NCBI GenBank assembly: GCA_963759075.1
Contig: CAVWXZ010000023.1
Location: 18,866-82,865 of the forward strand
Direction: 5' to 3'
Length of the DNA: 64,000 nt
DNA from: an uncultured Gammaproteobacteria bacterium
GTDB lineage: Bacteria; Pseudomonadota; Gammaproteobacteria; Steroidobacterales; JABDLF01
The notes under the pieces are model-generated. The model searched no databases, was not told the DNA's origin, and saw only the letters and a program-made list of their open reading frames with translations. The translations under genes and the position numbers were made by a program. Each line of letters begins with the position of its first letter. Within the stretch, counting starts at the first letter, position 1. This document shows positions 1 to 10,327 of the stretch, in pieces.

Positions 1-2
1 TT

Positions 3-632
3 GTGTGCGCCTTAGCCTCGGCCTGCGTTTCAACCAGAATCGAGGAATCGCGGCGCGCAGTCACCACCATGAGCAGCGATGAGACAGTCGTCATTCTCGG
101 GCGCACAAAACACACTGACGACGAGACAGAGGCGAGCTTCACCGAATGTGTCAATGATGCGCTCGCCGGCGCCGACTCCCGCCTCGGACTGATCAGCGAA
201 ACAGATTTTGTGGACGCGATGTTTCCGTTCTTTGAGCCGCGACTTGCGCCCGCCAACCTGGATGACCTGGCCCGCATGCTGAATGACCCGCTGGTGGCGC
301 AGAAGATTTCGGAGATTCAGGTCAAGTACCTGGTGTGGCTGGACGGCAACACCGAGACCGTTGACCAGGGCGGCACGATGACCTGCTCGCTCGGCGCCGC
401 CGGTGGCGGTTGTTTTGGCCTCAACTGGTGGGAGCGCGATTCATCTTATGAAGCGACCATCTGGGACATGGAAAGCCTGAACGCCGCGGGCTACATCAGC
501 GCCGACTCCACCGGCACCTCATTCCTGGCCGGCCTTATGGTCCCCATTCCGATCATCGCCCGCACCGGGAAGGCGGCCTGCGAAGGCCTTGCCGGTCAGC
601 TCAGTGAGTTTCTGGCCATGCCGGGCTCGTGA
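3..632 (+). CDS. hypothetical lipoprotein, 5'-truncated by the window edge
   Basis: ORF-track frame. Lipobox-like LASAC lies at the extreme N-terminus, so the true start is just upstream of position 1. No recognisable catalytic motif. Confidence 0.5.
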   Translation: MCALASACVSTRIEESRRAVTTMSSDETVVILGRTKHTDDETEASFTECVNDALAGADSRLGLISETDFVDAMFPFFEPRLAPANLDDLARMLNDPLVAQKISEIQVKYLVWLDGNTETVDQGGTMTCSLGAAGGGCFGLNWWERDSSYEATIWDMESLNAAGYISADSTGTSFLAGLMVPIPIIARTGKAACEGLAGQLSEFLAMPGS

Positions 633-663
633 GCCCGCTGCCTGGTTGCCGGAAGGTGATGAT

Positions 664-2043
664 TCACCCGCCGGGTCGCACGATGGTCAGGTTCTCTTGC
701 AGACGAAATCCTTCGGTTCGTGCGGGTTTACCGTCGATAATGCGCGGGCGAAAGCGCGCTTCCCTGATGTAGCGACGGACCTGCCTGCTGACGGAAGGGC
801 TCGCCTCAAGGTTAACGACCCTTACTTTCAGCACCCGGCCATTTTCCCCGATGGTCAGATCGAACTCGACGTCAATCTCATATTCAACGAGGCTCATGTC
901 AAAGCCCTGCTGCAGCGTCGCAGGGGTCTGGTCCATCAGGTAAATCCGCTTCGGAAAATTGAGCACCATCGGTTCCGAAAACAGGCCCGGCTGATCAGAC
1001 GGCAGTGACCCATCGGCATGCAGGGCATCCCAGCCCTTGCCGTAGGCGTCGGCTGCCAGCGAGCCCCTGTTGATCAGAATATAGAAATCCCCGAGGTGCC
1101 CCCATGCCGCGGCGCGATCCACGGTATCCAGATCATCCTGGGCATCAACGATCGCGACCATTCGTTTCAGAGCCGCCTCGCGCTGCTTCCGATACTGACT
1201 GATCTTGTGTGTGGTCGTGCCCAGTCCGAGCAGCGGCGCAATCAGGCCGGGATCCTCTTTACCTTTCGAATTCTCGATGACCTTAACCGCGCGCTCGTAG
1301 AGCTTTCTCGCATCGCGTACGTTGCCTGCCCGCCTGTACCAGTCTGCCAGCTTCAGAATCGCGGGCACGAGTTCCATGCTCTGCGAACCGAACTTCTGCT
1401 CGCTCACAAAATAGGCAAAGCGATTGTGCCGATCGGCCTCTGCGTAATTGCGCATTGCGACGTAATTGCCCGACATTCTGTCAACGTACTCAAGCTGGTT
1501 CAGGCTGTAAACACCGTCCGCGCGATGCACCACGTGCTGTGCCCGCTGCAGCGACTCGATGGCTTCCTCGTGCTTGCCGGCGGCACTTTGCGCCTCTCCG
1601 AGCAGTGCCAGCGGCCCCGCCAGGCGCATGTCATAGAGGCCATACCATTTTTCGAGCAAGCCTATTTCGCTCTGCAGGGTCGCGGCCGCGGCGGCATTCT
1701 CGCCGGCCGCGAGCTGAGCGAGCGCCAGCGCCTCGAGCGGTGCGGCAAGTGCGATATCATCAGCGCCCACCTGCGCCTCCTCACTCAGCAGCGCCTGCCG
1801 GGCGGACCAGACAGCGGGGTCAGCGGCAGCCGCCTCTGGCGCCGGCGAATCCGCCGCCGGGGTCTCTGGCTCACGCAGGGCTTCTTCTGCCAGGCCGGGT
1901 ACCGCTGCTGCGGCTGGGAGGTTTTCCAGCGGGTCGGCGAGGACCGGCGCAGCGGCAATCGCGTCAGGGCCGGACGCAAGCGCGACCGGCGCGCAGGGCA
2001 AAAGCGCCAGCAGGGCGAAACTCAGCAGTCGTGGGAGATTCAT
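664..2043 (-). CDS. TPR-repeat protein with TonB C-terminal domain
   Basis: ORF 664..2073. An internal Met gives the signal peptide MNLPRLLSFALLALLPCAPVALA. There is an Ala/Pro-rich linker and TPR-like helices. The C-terminus (VEYEIDVEFDLTIGENGRVLKVRV...RFRPRIIDGKP) resembles the TonB_C fold. Start could also be 2073. Confidence 0.7.
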   Translation of the reverse strand: MNLPRLLSFALLALLPCAPVALASGPDAIAAAPVLADPLENLPAAAAVPGLAEEALREPETPAADSPAPEAAAADPAVWSARQALLSEEAQVGADDIALAAPLEALALAQLAAGENAAAAATLQSEIGLLEKWYGLYDMRLAGPLALLGEAQSAAGKHEEAIESLQRAQHVVHRADGVYSLNQLEYVDRMSGNYVAMRNYAEADRHNRFAYFVSEQKFGSQSMELVPAILKLADWYRRAGNVRDARKLYERAVKVIENSKGKEDPGLIAPLLGLGTTTHKISQYRKQREAALKRMVAIVDAQDDLDTVDRAAAWGHLGDFYILINRGSLAADAYGKGWDALHADGSLPSDQPGLFSEPMVLNFPKRIYLMDQTPATLQQGFDMSLVEYEIDVEFDLTIGENGRVLKVRVVNLEASPSVSRQVRRYIREARFRPRIIDGKPARTEGFRLQENLTIVRPGG

Positions 2044-2205
2044 GTTGTTGGGGATAGTAGCCCGGCACTCCATTCATTCGAAAGCCGTCACGGGAATTTT
2101 TCGACCCCCTGCCCCGGATATGGTTCAGGAAGCAAGGTCAGCGGCGTAAACTGCCCGTTGCGATTGTCTACAATGTCTCTGCCTTGTAACAGGTGCTGTA
2201 TAGAA

Positions 2206-3696
2206 ATGCCCGACATGTTTCACTTGCGAAGATCTGCGGCAATGCTGGCTGTGGCCGGTGTGCTCGCATGCGGCCATCTGTCAGCCGGCAATGAAGCGGG
2301 TGCCCGGGACAATGCCGAATCCACCCTGCTCGCCATGACCGAGGCCGAGGAACTGCGCATCGGCAAGCAGCAGCACGCCCAGGTGATAGCGACCTACGGC
2401 GTGTATCCGAGCAAGCGGCTGCAGGCGTACATTAACGAGATCGGACAAAAAGTCGCCAAAGTCAGTGACCGCAGCGACATGGAATTTCACTTCACGGTGC
2501 TCAACGATGACACCGTGAATGCGTTCGCTTTACCCGGCGGTTATCTGTACATCAGCCGGGGCATGCTCGCGCACCTCAATTCGGAGGCCGAGCTGGCCGC
2601 AGTACTGGGTCATGAGATTGCGCACGTTACGGCCAGGCATGCGGCGCGCCTCGAAACCCGCTCGAAGGCCGTGGATTTCCTTGGCAAAGTAGCTGGCGTG
2701 GCAAGCGGTACGACGGGCGTCTTCGATATGGCCAACGCTTTTGGCGGCGTCTTTGTGCGCGGATATGGGCGCAAGTTCGAGCTGGAGGCTGACGAGCTGG
2801 GTGCGCAGTTTATGGCCCGCGCGGGCTATCCGCCGGAATCCATGCTGGCGACCATCGAGCTTCTCAAGCAGCGCGAGAAATTTGAGATCCGGGCGGCCCG
2901 CCAGGAAGATCGTGAGGCGCGCGTCTATCACGGGCTGCTCGCCACCCACCCCGATAACGACAAGCGCTATCGCGAAGTGATCAAGGCCGCGGAGCAGATC
3001 GGTGGCGTCGACGGCAACGTCAATGCGGAAGAATACCTGGCGCGCATTAACGGGCTGACCTGGGGCGAACGTGACCAGGTGGGCATCCTGCGCGGAAGAC
3101 AATTTTATCATTCCCGACTGGGTATCAAGCTGCGCTTCCGAGAGGGCTGGCGACTCGACAATCAGGGCGGGCGCGTAATGGCGATCGCGCCCACCAACGA
3201 CGCAATACTCCAGATTAACGGCGTGGGATACCGCGGCGGTACGCCGCAACAAATGATGGAACAGCAGCTCGGTGCAGACAATTTGCGCGAGGCGCGCAGC
3301 CTGACCATCGCCGGCATGCCCGCCTATATTGCCATCGCCAATCGCACCGAAAGCCCGTTCGGCCCGAAGCCCGTACGCTATGCGATCGTATTTGATGAAC
3401 GCAAACGGGTGGCCTATATTTTCTCCGGCTCGGGCAAGCACGACCTGAGCCGCCTCGCCGCGGATCAGGACTTCATTGCGATGATATTCAGCCTGGACCG
3501 AATGCAACGCGCAGACTACGAATCGGCACGCAAGCTGCAGGTCAGGGTGGTGCGCGCGGATGAAGACACGCTGTTCGAAAAGTTAGCCAAGGACTCGCCA
3601 ATGCCCAACTACCCGCTGGAGCAACTGCGGCTGATTAATGCGATGTACCCGGACGGCGAACCAGCCGCGGGACAGTTGTTCAAGGTCATTCAGTGA
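2206..3696 (+). CDS. M48-family zinc metalloprotease, periplasmic
   Basis: This is the 3' 496 codons of ORF 1018..3696. ATG at 2206 precedes a signal peptide (MFHLRRSAAMLAVAGVLAC). HExxH motif LGHEIAHV is present. The 5' part of the long ORF is antisense to the TonB-like gene. Confidence 0.85.
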   Translation: MPDMFHLRRSAAMLAVAGVLACGHLSAGNEAGARDNAESTLLAMTEAEELRIGKQQHAQVIATYGVYPSKRLQAYINEIGQKVAKVSDRSDMEFHFTVLNDDTVNAFALPGGYLYISRGMLAHLNSEAELAAVLGHEIAHVTARHAARLETRSKAVDFLGKVAGVASGTTGVFDMANAFGGVFVRGYGRKFELEADELGAQFMARAGYPPESMLATIELLKQREKFEIRAARQEDREARVYHGLLATHPDNDKRYREVIKAAEQIGGVDGNVNAEEYLARINGLTWGERDQVGILRGRQFYHSRLGIKLRFREGWRLDNQGGRVMAIAPTNDAILQINGVGYRGGTPQQMMEQQLGADNLREARSLTIAGMPAYIAIANRTESPFGPKPVRYAIVFDERKRVAYIFSGSGKHDLSRLAADQDFIAMIFSLDRMQRADYESARKLQVRVVRADEDTLFEKLAKDSPMPNYPLEQLRLINAMYPDGEPAAGQLFKVIQ

Positions 3697-3718
3697 TGAG
3701 TAGGGTTATCGGGCGCGG

Positions 3719-5048
3719 TTGCCGAACCTGCGGCTTTCACTGTTAGCCGGTGGCCGCTTCTCTGGGCTCACACGGCCAGCGCCAGACGAGACATTGATTC
3801 AGGCAACCCGGGACGGCAGAACAAGCGCGCGTCACCGAACTGCTGGCGGCCGGTTCGCCGGTCGATACCGTTGACCGGGAGGACTTCTCAGCGCTGCACT
3901 GGGCGGCCACGCTGGGTGAGACCGAGATCGCCCGAACACTGATTGAAGCAGGCGCGGACATCGAGAAACGCGGCCCCCGCCGCGAAACGCCATTGATGCT
4001 GGCGGTCGCTTCGGGCAACCCCGACCTGGTCGCATTTCTGATCAGCAAAGGCGCCAATGTGAAGGAAGTCATGGCCACCCGGCAAACAGCGCTGCACGCT
4101 GCAGCCATCCGCGGCAACACCGAGGCGGCGCGGCTGCTGGTCGCGGCGGGAACGCCCGTCGATGCCGTGACCGAGGGCACAAGACGCTCGGCCCTGCATA
4201 TGGCGTCTGCGGCGGGCGCCACGGACATCGCCCGGCTGCTGCTGGCAAACGGTGCGACGGCTCGATCGGCCCGATTACGCTGGCCAATACGCCCATTATG
4301 CTGGCGATAAGCGGCGATCGGCGCGACACCATCGACTACCTGATCTCTGCCGGCGCCAATTTCAACACCAGCAACCTGACCGGTGCCGCCACGCTACACA
4401 TTGCCGCCGCCGAGGGCAATACCGAACTTGTCAGGAAACTGCTGGACACGGGCATCAAGGTGGACCTGCGCCATGACAACAGGACAACCCCCTGCATTGG
4501 GCTGCGCTGGGTGGCCACCCGACACGGCCAGGCTCCTGATCGAGTCGCGGTGCGAACGTCGAGGCGGCTTTGCGGATTCCCGCGACACGCCGCTGCATGC
4601 GGCAGCGATCGCAGGCAATGAAGACAGTATTCGCCTGCTGCTTGCGGCCGGGGCCAGGGCCGATGTCGTGTCGCGCTACAGCGTAACGCCGCTTGATCAG
4701 GCCGTCGACAATCGCAACTCAGGCGCTGCCCGCCTGCTGATTGAGCACGGCGCAAATGCGAAAAGAACCCGGCGTGGCGGGCGCAGCTATCTGGAGGACG
4801 CAATCGTTTCGGGCAGCCTGCCCATGCTCGAACTCATGCTCGAGCAGGGTCTGGATCCCGGCAGGGGAGACGTCGATGGCGATACGCCACTGCATTTCGC
4901 GGCCTACTACGGGCGCATGGAGATGGCGAAGAAGCTGCTGGCGGCAGGTGCGAGCCGGGAAGCAATTAACCGCGGAGGTTACACGCCGGCCGCTCTCGCG
5001 CGCCGCGCAGGGCATGAAGAGCTGGCGACGTACCTGGAAAAAGGCTGA
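3719..5048 (+). pseudogene. ankyrin-repeat protein with multiple frameshifts
   Basis: ANK motifs (TPLMLAVASGNPDLVAFLISKGANV, TALHAAAIRGNTEAARLLVAAG, TPLHAAAIAGNEDSIRLLLAAGA, TPLHFAAYYGRMEMAKKLLAAGA) are spread over ORFs 3993..4310, 4252..4476, 4298..4621 and 4383..5048 in three frames. Start is uncertain. Confidence 0.7.
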
Positions 5049-5075
5049 CTATCCGGGAAGCAGGGCGCGAAGTGC

Positions 5076-5408
5076 TCAGTGATTGCCGCCCGAAAAATCG
5101 TAACTGAAGAAGCCCAGCAGATCGGTCAGCTCGCCCGCGCCTCCCGCATCGATAGCATCCCTGGTGATAATGGTCACAGGTGAAATGGTGGTGGGCATGG
5201 CATCGTTTAGGTTGACCACCTGCGGGATACGGGATCCCGAGATCTGCATCAGCCGAAGTTCGTTAACCCGGGAAAACTTTCGTTCGGGCTGATAGGGGTT
5301 GGCGATACAGCCGGCCAGCAGCAACGCGGCCGCGAACAGGCCTGCGGCACGCACGGGCATTGCAGGCATCATCGAATCTGGCCGGAACATCGGGCTTGCC
5401 TGCGACAT
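5076..5408 (-). CDS. small lipoprotein resembling the N-terminal plug segment of TonB-dependent receptors
   Basis: Lipobox LLLAGC. Motif LMQISGSRIPQ...SPVTIITRDAIDAGGAGELTDLL matches the VVTGSRIP / xVxVIxxxDIxxxG region of TBDR plugs. Paralogue of 5415..5756. The start Met is ambiguous. Confidence 0.55.
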   Translation of the reverse strand: MSQASPMFRPDSMMPAMPVRAAGLFAAALLLAGCIANPYQPERKFSRVNELRLMQISGSRIPQVVNLNDAMPTTISPVTIITRDAIDAGGAGELTDLLGFFSYDFSGGNH

Positions 5409-5414
5409 GAGCGG

Positions 5415-5756
5415 TCAGCAGCGCCCTGCGATCATCATGCCTCGGGAGGCCGGGATCATATCGTTGCTGGGTCGAACCATGTTGGGGACGATGCGTGACA
5501 ATGCGCGGCACAGCGAACTCTCACCGGTTTTCCGCAAATCGTCTGCCGAAATAATACTGGTGGGCGTAGCGGTTCTCGGATTGTGGTCCTTCATATCGAT
5601 CATCTGCGGAATACGCGAGCCGGTTACCACCATAAGTCGCGCGTCAGAAGCCTGAGCAAACTTGTCCTCCGGGATGTACGGCGAAGCCGTGCACGCTACC
5701 AGCGCAAAGACAATGATCCCAAAACTGGTCAACCTGGCAAACATCTGCTCCTGCAT
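5415..5756 (-). CDS. small lipoprotein resembling the N-terminal plug segment of TonB-dependent receptors
   Basis: Lipobox LVAC. Motif LMVVTGSRIPQ...TSIISADDLRKTGESSLCRALSRIVPNM matches TBDR plugs. Only 113 aa, with no barrel. Confidence 0.6.
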   Translation of the reverse strand: MQEQMFARLTSFGIIVFALVACTASPYIPEDKFAQASDARLMVVTGSRIPQMIDMKDHNPRTATPTSIISADDLRKTGESSLCRALSRIVPNMVRPSNDMIPASRGMMIAGRC

Positions 5757-5904
5757 CGTTCCTCTCCCTTGCAGCGGGTTTGTAATTGATCTGACCCCGA
5801 CCTGGCAGGAGAAATTCTGCAGCGGGGCACCCTGTGAGAATAGCCCCGGCGGGGTCGGCGCGCAAAACCCGGCTTTTCCGTGCTTTAAATCAATGACTTA
5901 TGCG

Positions 5905-7110
5905 CTACTCAGCTCGCAAGGCCTCGACAGGCGTCAGCTGGGCGGCGCCACGCGCCGGTAGCACACCCGCCACCAACCCGATGATCACGGCGACCCCTTC
6001 CGCCATGATCACGTACTGCAAATTCGTGTGCACCGGCAGGGCCGGTAGCGCCGCATGCAGAAGCCAGGCGCCGCCAGCGCCCACGATCAGACCCAGCAGA
6101 CCACCCAGCAGCGCAAGAAAAACGGCCTCGGCAAGAAACAAGGCGCAGCACCTGGGCACGGGTAGCACCGAGTGCGCGAAGCAGGCCGATCTCACTGCGG
6201 CGTTCGCGCACGGCGATCGTCATGATGGTGAAGATGCCGACCCCGCCCACCAGCAGCGAAATACCGCCCAGCGCAGCCGACTGCGAAAGTCAGCACGCCG
6301 AGTATCGAGCCCAGCACATCCATCATTTGCTGCTGGGTGGTGATCGTGAAATCCTCGCCCCCGTGGCGTGCAAGCAGGATGCGCCGAATGCCCGCCACGA
6401 CCTCGTCCACGGGCGCGCCTTCGCAGTACAGGACGTCGATCTCCATCAGGCTGTCGCGATTGAACATCTCCAGGGCGCGGGCGGCCGGAATGTAGACCGT
6501 GTCGTCCAGGTCGAATCCGAGCATCTGTCCTTTCGGCTCCATGACCCCGATGACCCGGTAGCGTTCGCCGCCGACCCGAATGCGCTGGCCCAGCGGGCTT
6601 GTCCGCGGCAAACAACTCTTGCTCTGCACCTTGCTCCCCAGCACCGCCAGCGCCCGCGGCGAATTCGGATCATCGCGCGGCAGAAATTCACCCAGCGCAA
6701 CCTCGAATCTGAAGGTACGGGGCATTTCGGCAGTCGGTACCGTAAACCGTGGTGCGCCGCTGACGACCATTGCCCTCCACCTCAGCGTTGCCCTGGGTAA
6801 ACGACACGACCGATTCCGCGTACGGCGCGCGCTTCAGCGCTTCCGCATCCTCGAGGGACAGCGGCCGCACTGTGCCAAAGACGCCGATCGAGGCACCGAA
6901 CGTCGTAGCGCGACCCGGATTGATGCCGATCAGGTTGGTGCCGAACTGGGTGAATTCGGAAATCACGAAGCGGTTGATGCCCTCACCGATCGAGGTCAGC
7001 AGCACCACCGCAGCGATGCCGATCGCGATACCCAGCGTTGTCAGCCCGCTGCGCAGCCGATGCGCCACGACGGCCTGGCCGGTCATCCGCAGCACGTCCC
7101 TGAAGATCAT
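5905..7110 (-). pseudogene. ABC transporter permease (FtsX/MacB-type), second copy, frameshifted
   Basis: Fragments 6688..7344 (from MIFRDVLRMTG), 6192..6770 (periplasmic domain) and 5905..6195 (C-terminus ...LPARGAAQLTPVEALRAE) use frames 0, 2, 0. The start ATG overlaps the upstream stop (ATGA). Confidence 0.75.
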
Positions 7111-8316
7111 TTGCCCGCCAGTGCCGTGACGGGATCCAGTCGCGCGGCCCGCCGCGCCGGCAGTATGCCGAACACCAGCCCGCACAGCACGGCGACAACC
7201 ACGGCAGCAATCACGGCCCACAGCGGCGCGCCCATCGGAATGGCGGGATATAGCCTGCCAATCAGATAGCTGCCCGCCTGCCCCGACCACAAGCCCGAGC
7301 ACCGCGCCGACAAACGAGAGCAGCAGCGCTTCGGTGATGAACAAGCTGCACCACCTGACGTTCCGACGCGCCCATGGACTTGAGCAGGCCGATTTCGGCC
7401 GTGCGCTGACTGACCGCGACCAGCATGACGTTCATGATCAGCACGCCGGCCACGACCAGGCTGATGGCGGCGATGCCGGCCAGGGTCATCGTCAGCGCCA
7501 GGAAAATACGGTCGAAGGTTGCCAGCACCGCGTCCTGGGTGATGACGGTGATGTCTTCTTCGCCCTGGTGGCGCCCGGTGATGATCTCGCGAACCGCCTT
7601 GCTGGCAGCGGGCAGGGCATCCCGCTGCGTGCTTCGACCAGAATCCGAAACAACGACTGCGTATTGAACATGGCCTGGGCGGAGGCCACCGGGATGATGG
7701 CCAGCTCCTGCACGTCGATGCCGATCGAGCGGCCTTCCGAAGCGAGCACGCCGATCACGCGGAAACGCCGATCGCCGATGCGCAGCCACTGGCCGACGGC
7801 CGGCTGATCACCGAAGAGCTCGCTGCGCAGCTTGTCACCAATGACACACACCGAGCTTGCCCGCTGCATGTCGCCACCAGGCAGGAAATCACCGCGCCGC
7901 ATTGTCCAGCGACGCACATCCAGCAGCTCCGCGGTGGAACCCATCACCGGCACTTCGCGCTCCAGCCCCCCGAACGAAACGCCAGCGGAACCGACGACCA
8001 CCGGCGCGATGCGCGCCACACCGTAACTGCGCCGCACGGCCTCGGCATCATCCAGCGTCAGGTCGCGCGGGGTCTGGCCAATGATGATGGCGGGCGCACC
8101 GCCCGAGGTTTCGGTGCGACCCGGGATCACGATCAGCAGGTTGGTACCGAGAGAACTGAATTCTCCGGTTACGTAGCGCCGCGCGCCTTCGCCCAGCGAG
8201 GTCAGCACTACCACTGCGGCGACGCCTATGGCCATGGCCAGCAGCATCAGCAGGCTGCGAATACCGCTGCGCGTCAGGGAACCTGCGGCGAAATGCAGTA
8301 CATCGTAGGCCCTCAT
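7107..8316 (-). pseudogene. ABC transporter permease (FtsX/MacB-type), first copy, frameshifted
   Basis: Fragments 7492..8316 (MRAYDVLHFAAGSL...), 7262..7789 (...SQRTAEIGLLKSMGAS) and 7107..7313 (...LPARRAARLDPVTALAGK) lie in three frames. Confidence 0.75.
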
Positions 8317-8998
8317 GTTTGCGGGCCACGCACGTCGTCCACGATCTTGCCGTCGACCATATGCAGCCTGCGTGAAGCACGCTTGCCGATCTGCGGATCG
8401 TGGGTCACAACGATAAGTGTGATGCCGGCTGCGTTCAGGCGTTCGAGCACCGCAATAACATCCGCGCCGGATGCACTGTCGAGATTGCCGGTAGGTTCAT
8501 CGGCCAGGAGCACTGCGGGCTGCATGATGGTGGCGCGGCCAATCGCGACCCGCTGTCGCTGCCCGCCGGACAACTGATCAGGCCGGTGGCCAGCGCGGTC
8601 CGCCAGGCCCATATCCGCAAGCACCCGGGTCGACCCGCTCCCGCCGCGCCTTCGCGGGCACACCAGCAAGCATCAGGGGCAGTTCTATGTTCTCGAGTGC
8701 CGTCAGCCTCGCGACCAGATGAAAGAACTGAAACACGAAGCCAATTTTCTCGCCGCGCGTATGTGCCTGTTCTGCGTCCGACATCTGCGTGGTATCGCGA
8801 CCATCCAGCAGGTACTGACCGGAGGTCGGCTTGTCCAGCGAGACCCAGGATATTCAGTAGCGTGGACTTGCCCGAGCCGGAGGGCCCCATCAGCGATAGG
8901 TATTCGCCCGCCTCGATTTCAAGGTCGACGGCGTCGAGTGCGTGCACCTGCTCGTCGCCGACCTGGAATGTGCGGTGGATATTACTGAGCGCAAGCAT
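8313..8998 (-). pseudogene. ABC transporter ATP-binding protein (MacB/LolD-like), frameshifted
   Basis: Walker A GPSGSGKST is in 8435..8998. The Q-loop region is in 8578..8784. Signature LSGGQRQRVAIGRA and Walker B LLADEPTGNLD are in 8313..8669. Confidence 0.8.
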
Positions 8999-9009
8999 GG
9001 GTTGTGTCG

Positions 9010-10143
9010 TCAGGGACTGTCTTCTGGCCTGACCCGCGCGCCGTCCACAACGCCGGGCCGGTCTACAGAGATAACGATACGCTGGCCTGGCTCGAGCCCG
9101 GCCGTAACCTCCGAGTATTCCCAGTTGCTGATGCCCCGGGTGACTTTCTGCGCCTTGAGCAGGCCCTGGTCCGCCTCGAAGACCAGCACAGTGTTGCCCT
9201 GCATAATCGCCTGGCTCGGAATCCGCACCACCTCCTTGCGTTCAGCGAGGATCACCTCGACATCAGCGCTGTAGCCCGGAAGCAGCTTCTCCACGGGACC
9301 CGTGAATTCCGCCTCGATCTCCACCGTGCGGGCCTGCTTTTCGATATCAAGCACGTAGGGCGCAATCCGCCTGACCTGAGCGTCAAACCTGCGCCCCGGA
9401 AAGGCATCCATCGTAACCTCCGCCGGCATGCCGGTTTCGATCGCCGGGGCATCAACCTCGTCGATCGGCGCCACGACATACAGGCAGGAATTGTCTACCA
9501 GGTCGATGGCGGGCGGCGTGGGAATGCCTACGGGTGAAGGGGTGATGAACTCACCCTCCTCGCCGTTGATTTCCGCGACCGTGCCCGCGAACGGGGCCCG
9601 CAGCCGGCTGCGCTCGAGCAGATCGTGCGCGAGTTTCACCCCGGCATCTTTCACCTGAATCAGGCTGCGCCCGGCATTACACGCAGCATCACGGGAGCGC
9701 GCCTCGCCAACCGCAGTATCCAGCGCCTCCTCGGAAACCAGGCCCTGGGCCCGCATCTTGCGCAGCCTGTCCGCCTCCTTGGCCGCCACGTCACGCATCA
9801 CGCACGCCTGCACGGCGCTGGCGCCGGTGGCCGCCAGTTCTTTCTCGGCGAGCAGCAGCTGATCCTGGAGGTCAGCGTTCCACAGCTCCAGCAGCAGTTC
9901 GCCGGCCTCTACGCGCTGGCCTTTCCTGACCTTCAGGCTGGCGATCTGCCCACCCATCTGCGGCGCCAGGCGTGCACGTTTGCAGGCCTTGACAGTCCCT
10001 GCTCGCGTATTCGCGATGGTGGCGCGCACATCGCCACGCTCCACGGTGATCAGCGCAACCGCCACTGGCTTTTCACGCAATGCATTCCACGCGATCAGGC
10101 CGATCAGCGACAGTACGATGACAATGATCAGCGCCCGTTTCAT
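9010..10143 (-). CDS. efflux periplasmic adaptor (HlyD/MFP family)
   Basis: Intact 377-aa ORF with an N-terminal TM anchor, a coiled-coil hairpin and a beta-barrel region. It is the first gene of the adaptor-ATPase-permease-permease operon. Confidence 0.85.
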   Translation of the reverse strand: MKRALIIVIVLSLIGLIAWNALREKPVAVALITVERGDVRATIANTRAGTVKACKRARLAPQMGGQIASLKVRKGQRVEAGELLLELWNADLQDQLLLAEKELAATGASAVQACVMRDVAAKEADRLRKMRAQGLVSEEALDTAVGEARSRDAACNAGRSLIQVKDAGVKLAHDLLERSRLRAPFAGTVAEINGEEGEFITPSPVGIPTPPAIDLVDNSCLYVVAPIDEVDAPAIETGMPAEVTMDAFPGRRFDAQVRRIAPYVLDIEKQARTVEIEAEFTGPVEKLLPGYSADVEVILAERKEVVRIPSQAIMQGNTVLVFEADQGLLKAQKVTRGISNWEYSEVTAGLEPGQRIVISVDRPGVVDGARVRPEDSP

Positions 10144-10327
10144 AGGTATCCCCGACGTTGCAACGCGGCCCTCAGCAAAACCACGTGCCTCGCCCGCAGC
10201 GTTACTACCGCCTGCCTGAGGCTACACGTTGCGTGGATGCGGCCCAATAAGGACTTTCCCACGCGCTGATCGTGAGGGGGGCAAGGTCGCGGCATGCGCG
10301 CAGGCAAGATCACCCGCAAAGCGCCTG

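Noticed and set aside
1018-2205. 5' two-fifths of the 892-aa ORF 1018..3696
   Set aside because: It runs antisense to the well-supported TonB/TPR gene (664..2043). It has an Arg/Gly/Pro-rich low-complexity composition typical of off-frame high-GC DNA. The M48 protease has its own ATG and signal peptide at 2206.
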